Below are positions 1-10,271 of a DNA stretch of 64,000 nt, in pieces. The stretch comes from Selaginella moellendorffii (lineage: Eukaryota; Plantae; Lycopodiophyta). How positions within the stretch are numbered: position 1 is the first letter of the stretch; every line of letters begins with the position of its first letter. A model generated the notes under the pieces. That model made no database searches, was not told where the DNA came from, and saw only the letters and a list, made by a program, of their open reading frames with translations. Both the position numbers and the translations under genes were made by a program. The stretch covers positions 759,587-823,586 of the forward strand of contig NW_003314304.1 of the NCBI RefSeq assembly GCF_000143415.4. The letters are read 5' to 3'.

Positions 1-458
1 TGCTGATTCTACTCATTGTGGTTGTAGTACTCGATCGACTCAAATGTCAAACTGCTCTGGTATGGCGGATCAAATTCTGTTCGCAGAGATTGGTAAACAA
101 ACAAAGATTTAGACTTTTATTTGCTTTTATTAACAGATATTTAACTGTAACTATGGACGTGTTCCTCGTTACTTCGTCAGAACTCTCCTGGATCGAGCGC
201 AGTGGCTCGTCAAGAGTAAATTTCACGAAAACCATCTATTCCAAATCTTAACACTTGGCACTCGCCATTTGCTTTAGTGGGGTTGCTATTGTCTCTGCTA
301 TGGAATAATCCAGCAAGAAGTTCGTGTCCAAGCGAAAAAGCTCCGGTCAGGAAAAGGCTATAGACAATAACTTCTGAACAACTAGTGACCATATATTTCA
401 CCACATTTTCAATACTTCTATACAGTTTTTCTTGAGTGGCAGAATTTGTATTGCTACA

Positions 459-1429
459 ATGGTTCATCTCTTTATCTATTGGATTCTCCTTGCCTGCGCG
501 ATCCTCGCACAAGCAAGCAACCAGGAATCTAGTAAGTTCCACTTTGTTCTAGTGCATGGAGCTGGCCATGGAGCATGGTGCTGGTATAAAGTCACACAAG
601 AGCTTGAGAAACAGGGCCACAAAGTGGATGCACTGGATTTAACCAGCGCTGGAAAGAGTGGTGTGGATGCACTTGCAGTGGATAGCTTGGAGACTTACTC
701 GGTTCCTTTGGTTCAACTGCTTGAATCACTTCCACCAAAGGAAAAGGTAATACATCTATTTTATCAAGGAATGACTGTAAATTGTATGAAATTTCCAGGT
801 GATTTTAGTTGGGCATAGTCTAGCAGGTCTTTCACTTACATATGCCATGGAAAAGTTTCCAGAGAGAATTTCTGGATCCTTTTTTGTAACTGCACTTATG
901 TTCACTTCAAACGCAACTCAAGCTCGACAAGATTTCAACCAGGTACTGAATCCTGAATCATATTATTATTTTGTCATTTTATAATATTCCATATTGCAGA
1001 TTTTTCAAGGAATTCAACCATATATCACACCTCTATTTCGCAATGGCTCTTCTTCAACACCTGCTGCTGCTTCCTTCCGGCTAGAGTTTGTTCGAAAAGT
1101 TCTGTACCATAAATCTCCTCCACAGGTGATCGTACTATGTCAATGCTCCTTCGTAATCTTTTCTATCATTACAGGATGTTGTCCTCGCCAAATCGATTCT
1201 AAAGCCATTCCCGATTCTTGACCCTGCGGTGAGCTTCACCGCAGCAAACTATGGAAGTGTTCCTCGCTACTTTATCAAAGCCACGGAAGATCGCGCCATT
1301 CCACTGGAAAGGCAAGAGGACATGATCAGGAAGACTCCTCCGTTCAAGGTTCTAAAGCTTCCTTCAGACCACTCTCCATTTTTCTCAATGCCCAAGAGCT
1401 TAGTTCACTCTATCATGTCAGTGCTCTAG
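459..1429 (+). CDS. Methylesterase / SABP2-HNL family alpha/beta hydrolase, 4 exons (459-746, 799-942, 1000-1125, 1175-1429), with N-terminal hydrophobic leader
   Basis: HFVLVHGAGHGAWCWYK, VILVGHSLAG nucleophile elbow, EDRAI acid and SDHSPFFS histidine motifs; GT-AG introns join the ORF pieces in frame. Confidence 0.9.
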
Positions 1430-1521
1430 CTCAAGAGACCAATTCAATGTCTCAAACAGTGCAAAGTTTTTTAAACTGTAACGAATATACTCCGAATATC
1501 CGTTTAGGGTTCTTGAGCAAA

Positions 1522-1977
1522 ATGGGGAAGCTGGGCAGGATCTATCATCCCGGGTGCTCACAGGGCGATGCCAAGACGTACGCGCTGGCGATCGTCCGTG
1601 CGATCCAGGAATGCGGCGCGCTTACGTCGCATCAGCTGTGGGATCACGCCCAGGCCGAGGGGATTCGCACCAAGCGCCAACTAAAGCAATTCCTGCGGTG
1701 GATGAAGCAAGAGCACCTGGTGAGCACCGTCGAGCTTCCAGCCCATGGCGACAACCGCGTCTACAAGCTCCCGGACAGGATCCGCGACGATGCCATCTCT
1801 GGGGTGAGCGCTGCGGCGGGGAGGATCGAGACGCCGGAAAAGGAGTACAAGATTGATCTTGGCGAGATCTGGCTCAAGAACAATCCTCGCGAGCAGCTAA
1901 CCAAGTACGAGCTCCGCCTCCAGGCGCGAGAGGAGAGGCGCGGCCTAGCTCCACTCATGCCTTTCTGGGATATTTGA
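1522..1977 (+). CDS. Small basic protein with a winged-helix-like core, resembling the plant mitoribosomal mL80-like family (alternative ATG at 1447)
   Basis: Intronless ORF; IVRAIQECGALTSHQLWDHAQAEGIRTKRQLKQFLRWMK resembles the recalled family pattern I..I.EHGPLT....W......GL.SK.HMK..LRWM; TTTAGGGTT just upstream (1503-1511). Confidence 0.5.
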   Translation: MGKLGRIYHPGCSQGDAKTYALAIVRAIQECGALTSHQLWDHAQAEGIRTKRQLKQFLRWMKQEHLVSTVELPAHGDNRVYKLPDRIRDDAISGVSAAAGRIETPEKEYKIDLGEIWLKNNPREQLTKYELRLQAREERRGLAPLMPFWDI

Positions 1978-2133
1978 GACAAGAGATCTGGTAGTTGCGA
2001 TGCTCGATTCTTGTCGAGGAGAAAAAAATCTAGTTGCTCGACGATGAAAGACTCTCGCCTGAGATCTTGGAAGAACTTGCGCAAGTCAGTATGATATGAA
2101 AGAGAAACGAAAGAGAAGCTTCTCACCTTTGTT

Positions 2134-4194
2134 TTACTGGCTGGAAGTCTCGGTCCGGAATGTCTCTGCTGTGTTGCTCGATCCTCCAGTGTTGCTGCTG
2201 TGATCGAGCAACCTGAGGTTCCTGAGGCCAAAGTACCAGGGTGATTTTGTCGGGAGAGGGGCGAGCTTGAGGTAGCCAAGAAACATGGCCACGACTTCGC
2301 TCATGCTCGGCCGACTCGCCTCGTCTTCGTGCGTGCACAGCAGAGCAATGTGAATCGATCGCAGGGCCTCGGTTTGCGAGTAATTTTTCGATCGTAAGAG
2401 TTCCTTATCCACGATCTCTTCCACATTTCCGCCTGGGTGAAACGACCATAACTGTGCAGGAAAAGGAAAACTTTTAAGTTCGTGCTTGAAAACTTTGCTC
2501 GAGACATACCCATTCTAGGATCCCATCGTAGTTCGGTGATAATCTGGGATCCCGGCATTTCATCCCGCAGATGATCTCTAGAAGGAGCACCCCAAAGCTG
2601 AAAACATCAGCTTTTACTGTTAATCGTCCGCCCATGGCATACTCTGGTGCCATATATCCACTGCAAACAGCCAAAGTTGAGAAACAAAAAAACTCATACT
2701 TTACAGATTCTATACGTACTAGGTACCCGCAATTTTTGTATCCACTGAGGTCCTGTCTTGATCAAAGAGCTTCGAGATTCCAAAGTCTGAGATCTTAGGC
2801 GTCAGGTCTTTGTCGAGAAGTATGTTGCTAGCCTTTATATCCCGGTGAATTATCTGTATCTGAGACTCCTCGTGGAGATAAGCGAGTCCCCGTGCAACTC
2901 CAATAGCAATATTGTATCGAGTTGGCCAGTCAAGGACAATCTTGCCATTGGAATCTTGCAAAGATCAGGCCGTCAGCAGCAGCAAACATTCTCAAAGAAA
3001 AAAGACTTACTGGTTAGAGTACGATCAAGGCTCCCGTTGGGAAGATACTCGTAGACTAGCAATCTTTCATCGCCTTTGACGGAGTAGCCTCGCAGCCTGG
3101 TAAGGTTTCGATGCTGGATGCCGGTGATGATGTTAACTTCATTTACAAACTCCTGATTTCCTTGGCTAGAATGTAGAGACAATTTCTTCACTGCTACTTC
3201 AGATCCGTCAGTCAGAACACCCTACAATACGACAAAGATAAATCATATTTTTCATAACACAAGATTTACAATTACCTTGTATACTGGGCCAAATCCTCCT
3301 TGACCAAGCTTGTTTTGCTCGCCGAACTCCTTCGTTGCAAGCTTTAGCTCCTCATAATCGAAAGTGAGAGATCGTCCTTCAAAACTATCTGAAAAGCCAG
3401 GAACATTAATTGAAAATCACAGGCAAGTTTCTTATACCTCCAAATTCTCCATGTTGCCGCAGTGACGAGCTCTGATCATCCAAACGCCGATTTTGACGAC
3501 TTTTCGTCCGGAAGCAAAATACTAAAACCCCGACAGCAGCAGCCAAGGCTGCTACAGCACCGGCAGTTACCCCCACAATCACTCCTGTTCTCGAGGAGCT
3601 ACCTTGAAATATAGAAAACGTTGTTTGAGTGTTACCAGTATATTTACTACTTCTATACCTTTGCGAGCTTCCGGGATTTCTGGAGGGATGGCTACTGGAG
3701 TTACCGCGGGCGACAAGTCTCCTGGCAGCTCATAACCTTCAAAAGAGAAAAACAACAATCTTTTAAGATGGAAGAACAAAAACTTCGTACAAACCTGGGA
3801 TGAAATTGTAGTTCTCGAAGCGGAGGTAGCATCTATAGCTACTGCTGTTCACCCAATACTGCGCACCCACGGTGAGAGGAGCTGCTTCATCGATCCCATC
3901 CCTGGCAATGTTGAAACACTGGCCGCAATCTCCCTGGGACATGTTGTAGCACTCGCAGTAGCCAAAGACTGTGTCGGGATACTTGCCAAAGCCATAGCTC
4001 GCGGAGTCATTGCGAGGAACGGTCTTGAAGAGAAAGCCAAGAACCACATCGAGGTTTAGCTTGAAAGCGCTGCCTGGAGTGGTCTTGCGCGTGTTGGAGT
4101 AGACGATATTGGGGGAAATGCCCGAAGGCACGCTCGCAAAAACCCCGCGGCACAGGAACACGAGCAAGAACACAGCGACAGCCCTCCTCTCCAT
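2134..4194 (-). CDS. Cysteine-rich receptor-like kinase with a single DUF26 ectodomain (multi-exon)
   Basis: Signal peptide [18 protein letters not shown]26-like [14 protein letters not shown]...[12 protein letters not shown] exon near 3520-3580, kinase motifs [27 protein letters not shown]. Confidence 0.92.
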
Positions 4195-4549
4195 CTTCAA
4201 GAACAAAGAAGATTTCGTCGATCGATCGATCGAACTGGAGTACTATACCTCGAAATATCACCGCCGCCTACATTCGCCAGGCTCCATCGATGCCGCGATC
4301 GCCGCCGCCGATCGGCGCTGTGCGCGATAAGATCTCCCGCCGCCGCCGCAAGAACAAAACCTACGACGACAACGCTGGAGGAAGTGCCCGGCATTTTCTT
4401 TCTTTTCTAGTCGGTTGTCAGCTACAATACTAGTATTTTAAAGGGCTCGTTGACGGAATCTCACAAGAGTAACAGAATATCCAAGACTAGTTAGTTAACA
4501 GAATATCCACATTTTGCGATTAGAATCTTCCTAGATAGTTTGTTGTTAG

Positions 4550-6451
4550 CTATCCAGTGACAAGGCGGGGTTGAGGCGGTAGCATGCACGAGTATGTCAC
4601 GTACTTGACGCTGTCCACCAAAACCACCACGAAAATTCGAGCCAGATCTTTCGATCCAGTCGATGGAACTTGCTTTGGATTGAAGATCGAGACGACCATC
4701 GAGGACGGCCGCTGGCTCTTCTCAGAGAAATTGCCTCCTCCTCCTGTGGAACTGGAGTTGAATTGCTTACCTCCTCCTGGCGAGGACGACGATGGTCCTG
4801 GCGGAAGAGGCACCGCCGAGAGATTCCTGCGGTAGCTGCCGCTTCTCTTCGCAGAAGTCGTCGGGGATTCCTGCGGGGGCCGAGGTTCCGGACTTATCTC
4901 GAACTGGAACACCTCGTTGCAAGCACCAGTGCTGAAAGGTGTGCCTGGAAAGACGACCAAGTTGTTAGTTAGCGCGAGATGTTCTTGCAAGACTTTACCT
5001 GCGAGATCATTCAAAATCTTTCGCTGAGGATCGTCGGTATCAACGTCGCTGGGTGGAAGCGCTCGAAATGCTATATCCTGGAACACTCCCGAGTTCAAGA
5101 GCGCTGGAGCGTGACTTGCACCGCTACGCTGAGCAGCGGTCGAAGTGGGAGAAGTGGAAGCTGACGAGTCCCTGCTGCTCGCAACGAAAACGCTCGCGGC
5201 TTTGTCCCCGGCCATCACTGCTTGGATGACGAGATCGCCATCTACTTTCACTACTTGGTTGTCGCGAGGGAACAGCAGCGACGCCGGAAACCGCTGAGTT
5301 GCGTTGCCATACGTGCTCACGTTAGCCGGAAACATACTCCCATCGATCACCGCTCCACTCTTGTCCTGCCGCTCACACTTGCTCTCTAGCTTGTAACCAT
5401 CCCCTGGAGACCAGGCCAGCTTCGAAGATTCGTTGCGCTCGTCCTCCAAGCCCATCAAAACTCTACCACCTATCCTGGCTTGTGCTGGATCCGACGAAAC
5501 GTAGGCCCGAATCTGTCCAGTTCTCTGCGTCACCGGTATTCCCAGATCGAGAGGGAACACCAGCGCCATCACACAAAGCAACCCGAGAGCCGCCACACTC
5601 GCCAACTTCTTCGTTTTCCCAGAAGCTGTGGAGGACGTCGACGATGGTTTCTTCGTGGAATTCTCGTCTTTGGAAACCTTGGCACGCTTCACGCTCTTCA
5701 CCGCCGAAGCTTGCGTCTTGAGTCGCGGGATCGGCACTGGAGGAGCACTGCTCCCGGGACGAAGAACGTATCCTCCGGGATACTGATACACCGGCATTCC
5801 CATGGGAGGAGGAGGAGCGTAAGCTCCCGGCTTGCCACCACCATTCCTCGAGTGATAGTAGTACGCGAGCTGGTTGCGAAGATTCACATTCTCGGCGCTG
5901 ATGAGACTCACCGTGTTGTTAAGCTCGGCCACCGTCGCGTTGAGAGTCCGGACCCTTTCTTCCAGATCGTCCACATACGCTTTCTTTCTCTGCCGAGATA
6001 GCTGCGCGCTCTCCCTGTTACGCATCAACCTGGCCTTCCTTTTCACCTCTTCATCGTCGCCGCCATCGCCCTCTTCTTGCTTCTCCTCCTGGGCGTACTC
6101 TACCTTGCGCTTGCCAAGCCTCTTGATCGGGCGGCTCGAGTTGGATTCTCCCGATGAGCTGGGCTTGTTGCTGTCGGATCCGGCCTCCTCGTCCTTGATA
6201 GTCTCCTCGCGGCTGGAGCTATTGCTGTGCTGCGTGATGGCGCTGCTGGGAGATCCCGTGGCCTCTTTCGGGAATGGCGGCCCCTCGAGAAATTCCGGCA
6301 GGAAATCCCCCAGAGAAGCTGAATCGCAGTCATCCAGAGGCGAGGAATTCTCCAGAAAGAGCGAGACCCAGTCCTGATCGTCCAGATTCTCTAGATCCTC
6401 TGGGAAATCTGCTGGATCGGGAAGATCCAAGAGCTCTGCATCTAGTGCCAT
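4550..6451 (-). CDS. Membrane-tethered ER-stress bZIP transcription factor (bZIP17/28/49 group), intronless
   Basis: bZIP region KRKARLMRNRESAQLSRQRKK, then GKTKKLASVAALGLLCVMALVF TM segment, lumenal GRVLM/RKIL/RRNL sites and C-terminal IFVVVLVDSVKYVTYSCMLP. Confidence 0.93.
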   Translation of the reverse strand: MALDAELLDLPDPADFPEDLENLDDQDWVSLFLENSSPLDDCDSASLGDFLPEFLEGPPFPKEATGSPSSAITQHSNSSSREETIKDEEAGSDSNKPSSSGESNSSRPIKRLGKRKVEYAQEEKQEEGDGGDDEEVKRKARLMRNRESAQLSRQRKKAYVDDLEERVRTLNATVAELNNTVSLISAENVNLRNQLAYYYHSRNGGGKPGAYAPPPPMGMPVYQYPGGYVLRPGSSAPPVPIPRLKTQASAVKSVKRAKVSKDENSTKKPSSTSSTASGKTKKLASVAALGLLCVMALVFPLDLGIPVTQRTGQIRAYVSSDPAQARIGGRVLMGLEDERNESSKLAWSPGDGYKLESKCERQDKSGAVIDGSMFPANVSTYGNATQRFPASLLFPRDNQVVKVDGDLVIQAVMAGDKAASVFVASSRDSSASTSPTSTAAQRSGASHAPALLNSGVFQDIAFRALPPSDVDTDDPQRKILNDLAGKVLQEHLALTNNLVVFPGTPFSTGACNEVFQFEISPEPRPPQESPTTSAKRSGSYRRNLSAVPLPPGPSSSSPGGGKQFNSSSTGGGGNFSEKSQRPSSMVVSIFNPKQVPSTGSKDLARIFVVVLVDSVKYVTYSCMLPPQPRLVTG

Positions 6452-6582
6452 GGCCAAACCTCGATCGAGCACCGTGCCGGTCAAATCACGCCATCGTTCG
6501 CTCCGAACCCTAACACTCGGGAATGAAATTCCTAGGCATATTTGCATATTCCAATGCCAGTTAATCTGGGCCGCTGGATCTC

Positions 6583-8874
6583 ATGGGCGGCATGACAGCC
6601 GTCGATCCTCCCGCGCTTGTCCTCTTCCAAGAGGAGTCCGCCATCGCCCGCGCCGTCAAGGAATGCGCCAGGCTCAAAGATCTCTCCAAGGCTCGCCGAT
6701 TGGAATCGCTCGTCCAGCGCAGCGAGGAGCATGGATCCAGCAGATACCTCGCGAATTTGCTGGTGGAGATGTTTGGGAAATGCGGCAGCGTGGAGGACGC
6801 GCGCGCCGTTTTCGACCGGATCGAGCAGCCCAATGTCTTTTCCTGGAGCATCCTTCTCACGGCATATGTCCAGAACGGCGATCTGCGAGAGGCGGAGATG
6901 GTCTTCGATCGAATGCCCGATCGCAATGTCTTCTCCTGGACGACCATGATCACTGGCTACGCTTCCAGTGGCGATGTCGATCGCGCGAAGAAGATCTTCG
7001 ACCGGATGCCAGAGCCCAATGTCGTCTCCTGGACGGCGATGCTCACAGCGTACTCGCAGAACGGGCTCATCAAGGAAGCGGCCGATCTGTTCGAATCCAT
7101 GCCCGAGAGAACGATCGTCTCGTGGAACGCGATGCTAGCGGCGTTCGCCAAGAATGGATTCGTGGACGAGGCAAGAAAACTCTTCGATTCAATGAAGCTG
7201 CGAGACACTGGATCTTGGAACATCATGCTCGCAGCATATGCCCAGAGTGGGCATCTTGGAGAGGCCGATAAGATCCTCTCTCAGATGCTCGATGTGGATA
7301 TGGTTTCCTGGAACACGATGATAGTCGCGTATGGAAACACTGGAGACATGGCTATGGCTAGAAAGATGTTCCAGGAGATGCCCAGGAGAGATGTGGTTAC
7401 TTGGAACTCAATGATCGCGGCAAGCTCCGCGAATGGGCATTTGGAGGACGCGCGTTTCTACTTCGATTCGATGCCACAGAGGGATTCCGTGTCGTGGAAC
7501 ACGATGATCAAGGCGCTGGGCCAGCACGGCTATGTGGAAGAAGCCTACGCTCTCTTCAAATCGATCCCACAGAAGAACTTCCTCTCGTGGGTCGTGATTC
7601 TCACGGTTTACGCGCAAAGAGGCCGGATTGCCGACGCGAGAGCTATCTTCGATCGAATGCCCAAGGAGAATCTCATGCCTTGGAACATCATGGTGGCAGC
7701 GTACGTAGAGAGCGGCCTCGTCGACGAGGCCAAGGAGTTTTTCGACCAGCTCATGCCGGAGCACAACGTCGTGTCTTGGAACGCGCTCATCGCTGGCTAC
7801 GCTCACCAGGGACGAGCGAACGAAGGAAAGCGGCTCTTTGATTCGATGATGGAGAAGAACCTCGTCACTCGCAACGCTCTTCTGCTGGCTTACACCGAAG
7901 CTGGCGATGTCCGAGCAGCAAAAGAGTTTTTTGAGACCATGCCCGAGAGAGATGTCGCGTCTTTCACGACGCTCATCGCAGGATATGGCCAGTCGGGCGA
8001 CTTCCAGGCGGCAAAACGAGTCTTCGATCTTCTTCCACAGCCGGACATGATTTCGTGGAGCACCATGATCGCAGTTTACGCGCAGAATGATCAACTCGCT
8101 TTAGCGGAGAAGATGTTCCACGCCTTGCCCGAGTGGGACGTGAAAGCTTGCAACGCGATTATAGTCGCTTACGGGCAGCACAACGAGCTGGAGAAGGCGA
8201 TCTTCATGTTCGAGACGATGCCCAAGAAGGATATCGCGTCGTTCAATGCGATGGTTACTGCGTTTGCTCGATACGGTCACCTGGAAGAAGCCCGAGTTTT
8301 GTTTGAGAGGATGCCGAGGAGAGATAGAGTCTCGTGGACAGCTCTCGTCTCCTCGTACGCTCACGCAGGTCACCTCTGGACTGCTCGAAGTTTGTTCGAG
8401 AGAACTCTCGACCGGGACGTGATCATCTGGAACTTGATCATCTCGGCTCTCGCATCCAGCGTGCAGTTCCAGCAGGCGTTTGAGATCTTCCGGGAGATGA
8501 GAATGGAAGGATTCAAGCCGGACGAGACCACTTTCATCGGGCTCTTGAGCGGTTGTAGCCATGGAGGCCTGCTGGAGGAGAGCTTGGCTTATCTCATGTC
8601 GATGCAAGGCGACCATGGATTGACGCCATCCTCGGAGCACTACTCCTGCTTCATCGACATTCTGGGACGAGTCGGACAGCTGGAGAGGGCCGAGGACGTG
8701 ATCTTCAACACGAAAGTTGCTCCAGTCGCGGTGAGAACGCTCTTGAGCGCCTGTAACGTTCATGGCGATTCTCGTTTTGGGAGCCGAGTTGCCGGACGAG
8801 CTCTCAAGCTCGAGGATGACAGCAGTGTCGCCTATATCCTCCTCTCCAACATCTATGCCGCTGCCCCGACGTGA
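6583..8874 (+). CDS. PLS-class PPR protein dominated by tandem 31-aa S motifs, ending in an E region without DYW
   Basis: 763-aa ORF with repeated FDRMP.R.VVSW..M..AY...G motifs; terminal CSHGG...HYSCFIDILGR...AYILLSNIY. Confidence 0.93.
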   Translation: MGGMTAVDPPALVLFQEESAIARAVKECARLKDLSKARRLESLVQRSEEHGSSRYLANLLVEMFGKCGSVEDARAVFDRIEQPNVFSWSILLTAYVQNGDLREAEMVFDRMPDRNVFSWTTMITGYASSGDVDRAKKIFDRMPEPNVVSWTAMLTAYSQNGLIKEAADLFESMPERTIVSWNAMLAAFAKNGFVDEARKLFDSMKLRDTGSWNIMLAAYAQSGHLGEADKILSQMLDVDMVSWNTMIVAYGNTGDMAMARKMFQEMPRRDVVTWNSMIAASSANGHLEDARFYFDSMPQRDSVSWNTMIKALGQHGYVEEAYALFKSIPQKNFLSWVVILTVYAQRGRIADARAIFDRMPKENLMPWNIMVAAYVESGLVDEAKEFFDQLMPEHNVVSWNALIAGYAHQGRANEGKRLFDSMMEKNLVTRNALLLAYTEAGDVRAAKEFFETMPERDVASFTTLIAGYGQSGDFQAAKRVFDLLPQPDMISWSTMIAVYAQNDQLALAEKMFHALPEWDVKACNAIIVAYGQHNELEKAIFMFETMPKKDIASFNAMVTAFARYGHLEEARVLFERMPRRDRVSWTALVSSYAHAGHLWTARSLFERTLDRDVIIWNLIISALASSVQFQQAFEIFREMRMEGFKPDETTFIGLLSGCSHGGLLEESLAYLMSMQGDHGLTPSSEHYSCFIDILGRVGQLERAEDVIFNTKVAPVAVRTLLSACNVHGDSRFGSRVAGRALKLEDDSSVAYILLSNIYAAAPT

Positions 8875-9145
8875 AAACTTCTGAAAGAAACTTGGAAGCG
8901 ATGGATCCATTGATAGATAGATCTCGCCACCTCCAATCGAAGTTTCGTTTTGCCTTTTCTATTCGAAACTGTAGGTGTGATTTCTTGAAGCTTTGCTAAT
9001 CTGAGCTTCGCCAACACGGAAAGGAGGATTGACGCATCAGGAAACTTGATAAGAGTTTTTGCATGGAGTAATCGTCACACTTGGCTCGACTTTATATACA
9101 GGCTTTCTCCAACAATACAAATCGACCTTGTACTAGTTGTACACC

Positions 9146-9436
9146 ATGAAGGCTGCTCTAGTTTTCCTTGTGTTTGTGTTTGCTATCGAGGTTTCATTCT
9201 CTTCTTCGAGGAGGGAGCTCTTGGCTTTGGATGATAGAGTTGATGTCCAAGTTCTTCAACAAGATCCCAGTTCTCCTTTGCCTCCTCTCAGGTTGATGGA
9301 CGATGATGATGATGATAAAGGCAAGCAGAAGAACAATAACAACAACAACAACAACAACATTAACATCAACATCAACGTCTGTCCGGGGCTTGCAAAGAAC
9401 ACTTCCGTGGATCATGTAGATTCAAAGAATATATAA
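9146..9436 (+). CDS. Small putative secreted protein (96 aa)
   Basis: ACCATGA start context, signal peptide MKAALVFLVFVFAIEVSFS, RRELL motif, Asp and Asn runs; TTTATATA ~55 bp upstream. Confidence 0.6.
   Translation: MKAALVFLVFVFAIEVSFSSSRRELLALDDRVDVQVLQQDPSSPLPPLRLMDDDDDDKGKQKNNNNNNNNNINININVCPGLAKNTSVDHVDSKNI
9299..9376. repeat. (GAT)n and (AAC)n microsatellites inside the small secreted ORF
   Basis: gacgatgatgatgatgat and aacaataacaacaacaacaacaacaac read directly. Confidence 0.9.
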
Positions 9437-9518
9437 CGAAGGACTAGAAAGAAGGAGAATGACAAGGCGAAATGGTCGAGATGTAAGAAACGTTTGGGGT
9501 AATCTTAACATAGCTCCT

Positions 9519-10031
9519 TCATAACTTTTTTAGGATCCATGCCGCCGCCACCATGCAGCTTCCACAAATCGTGGAAGCACCCAAGAGACTATTGCCAATC
9601 TTTGTTCCCAGCAGTGAGGCATTTGTCGTTGCTGCGTCCTCAAATGATCTCCCAAGTTCCACGCAAGCTTGTTCCAGTGGTCTTATTGCGGCGCCACCTT
9701 TTGCTAGTGATTCTCCAAGCTCAGCCCCGCCTGCTACCACAGGATTTCCAGGTGCTTCTACTGCTTCCAGTGATTTCGCAACCAGAGCGCTACCTTTTAC
9801 TGCCGCATCTAGAGAATTTCCAAACGCAGTACTGCCTGTTTCAAGAGATTTTCCAAGTGTGTGGATTGATCTTCCAAGACCTAAAGATATCGTGGTTGCG
9901 TCCATGGATCTTCCTGCTTCCAGTAGTTCGACCCTGGATTCCAGCCTTCTTAGCGATATGATCCCGCCGAGCCCAGCTCCTATAGCTATTCCTATGCAGC
10001 CAAATTTCACATCCTGCTTCCAGGCCCCCAT
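9519..10031 (-). CDS. Orphan Gly/Ala-rich protein with hydrophobic termini and LGxSL 11-mer repeats (family member A)
   Basis: 170-aa ATG ORF; N-terminal CIGIAIGAGLGGIISL, repeats LGKSLETGSTA/FGNSLD/LGESLAKGGAA/LGRSFED, C-terminal hydrophobic segment; similar to 24765-25424. Confidence 0.6.
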   Translation of the reverse strand: MGAWKQDVKFGCIGIAIGAGLGGIISLRRLESRVELLEAGRSMDATTISLGLGRSIHTLGKSLETGSTAFGNSLDAAVKGSALVAKSLEAVEAPGNPVVAGGAELGESLAKGGAAIRPLEQACVELGRSFEDAATTNASLLGTKIGNSLLGASTICGSCMVAAAWILKKL

Positions 10032-10271
10032 TTAAGAATGTGCTTCGCAAACTATGTCTTTAATAGCATAGTGAGCTTTTTAAAGCTTTTTAGCAGCGCT
10101 TGAAGAGTTTTCATTCTAGCATATTCTCAGTCTATTTTAATCTTTGAACACATTTGACTCTAAAGCGTTGTGACTTTAAGGCCTAGGAAAGGATATGCGT
10201 TGATGTTAGTTTAAGCTGTCTCTGTTCATAAAAAACTTGTGCTCGATCGATCACTTGGGTTAATCAAAGCA

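Noticed and set aside
1-542. Short overlapping ORFs at the window start, including 210-542(-) with faint resemblance to the CRK ectodomain
   Set aside because: No convincing motif, overlaps the methylesterase start, and the resemblance is too weak to support by eye
6450-8910. Long alternative-frame and antisense ORFs over the PPR and bZIP genes
   Set aside because: Shadow ORFs expected from GC-rich codon usage; no independent motifs
9539-10035. Antisense ORFs spanning Gly/Ala gene A (and 24833-25345 over gene B)
   Set aside because: Pro/Ser/Ala-rich mirror translations of Gly/Ala codons; the sense frames show the shared family architecture
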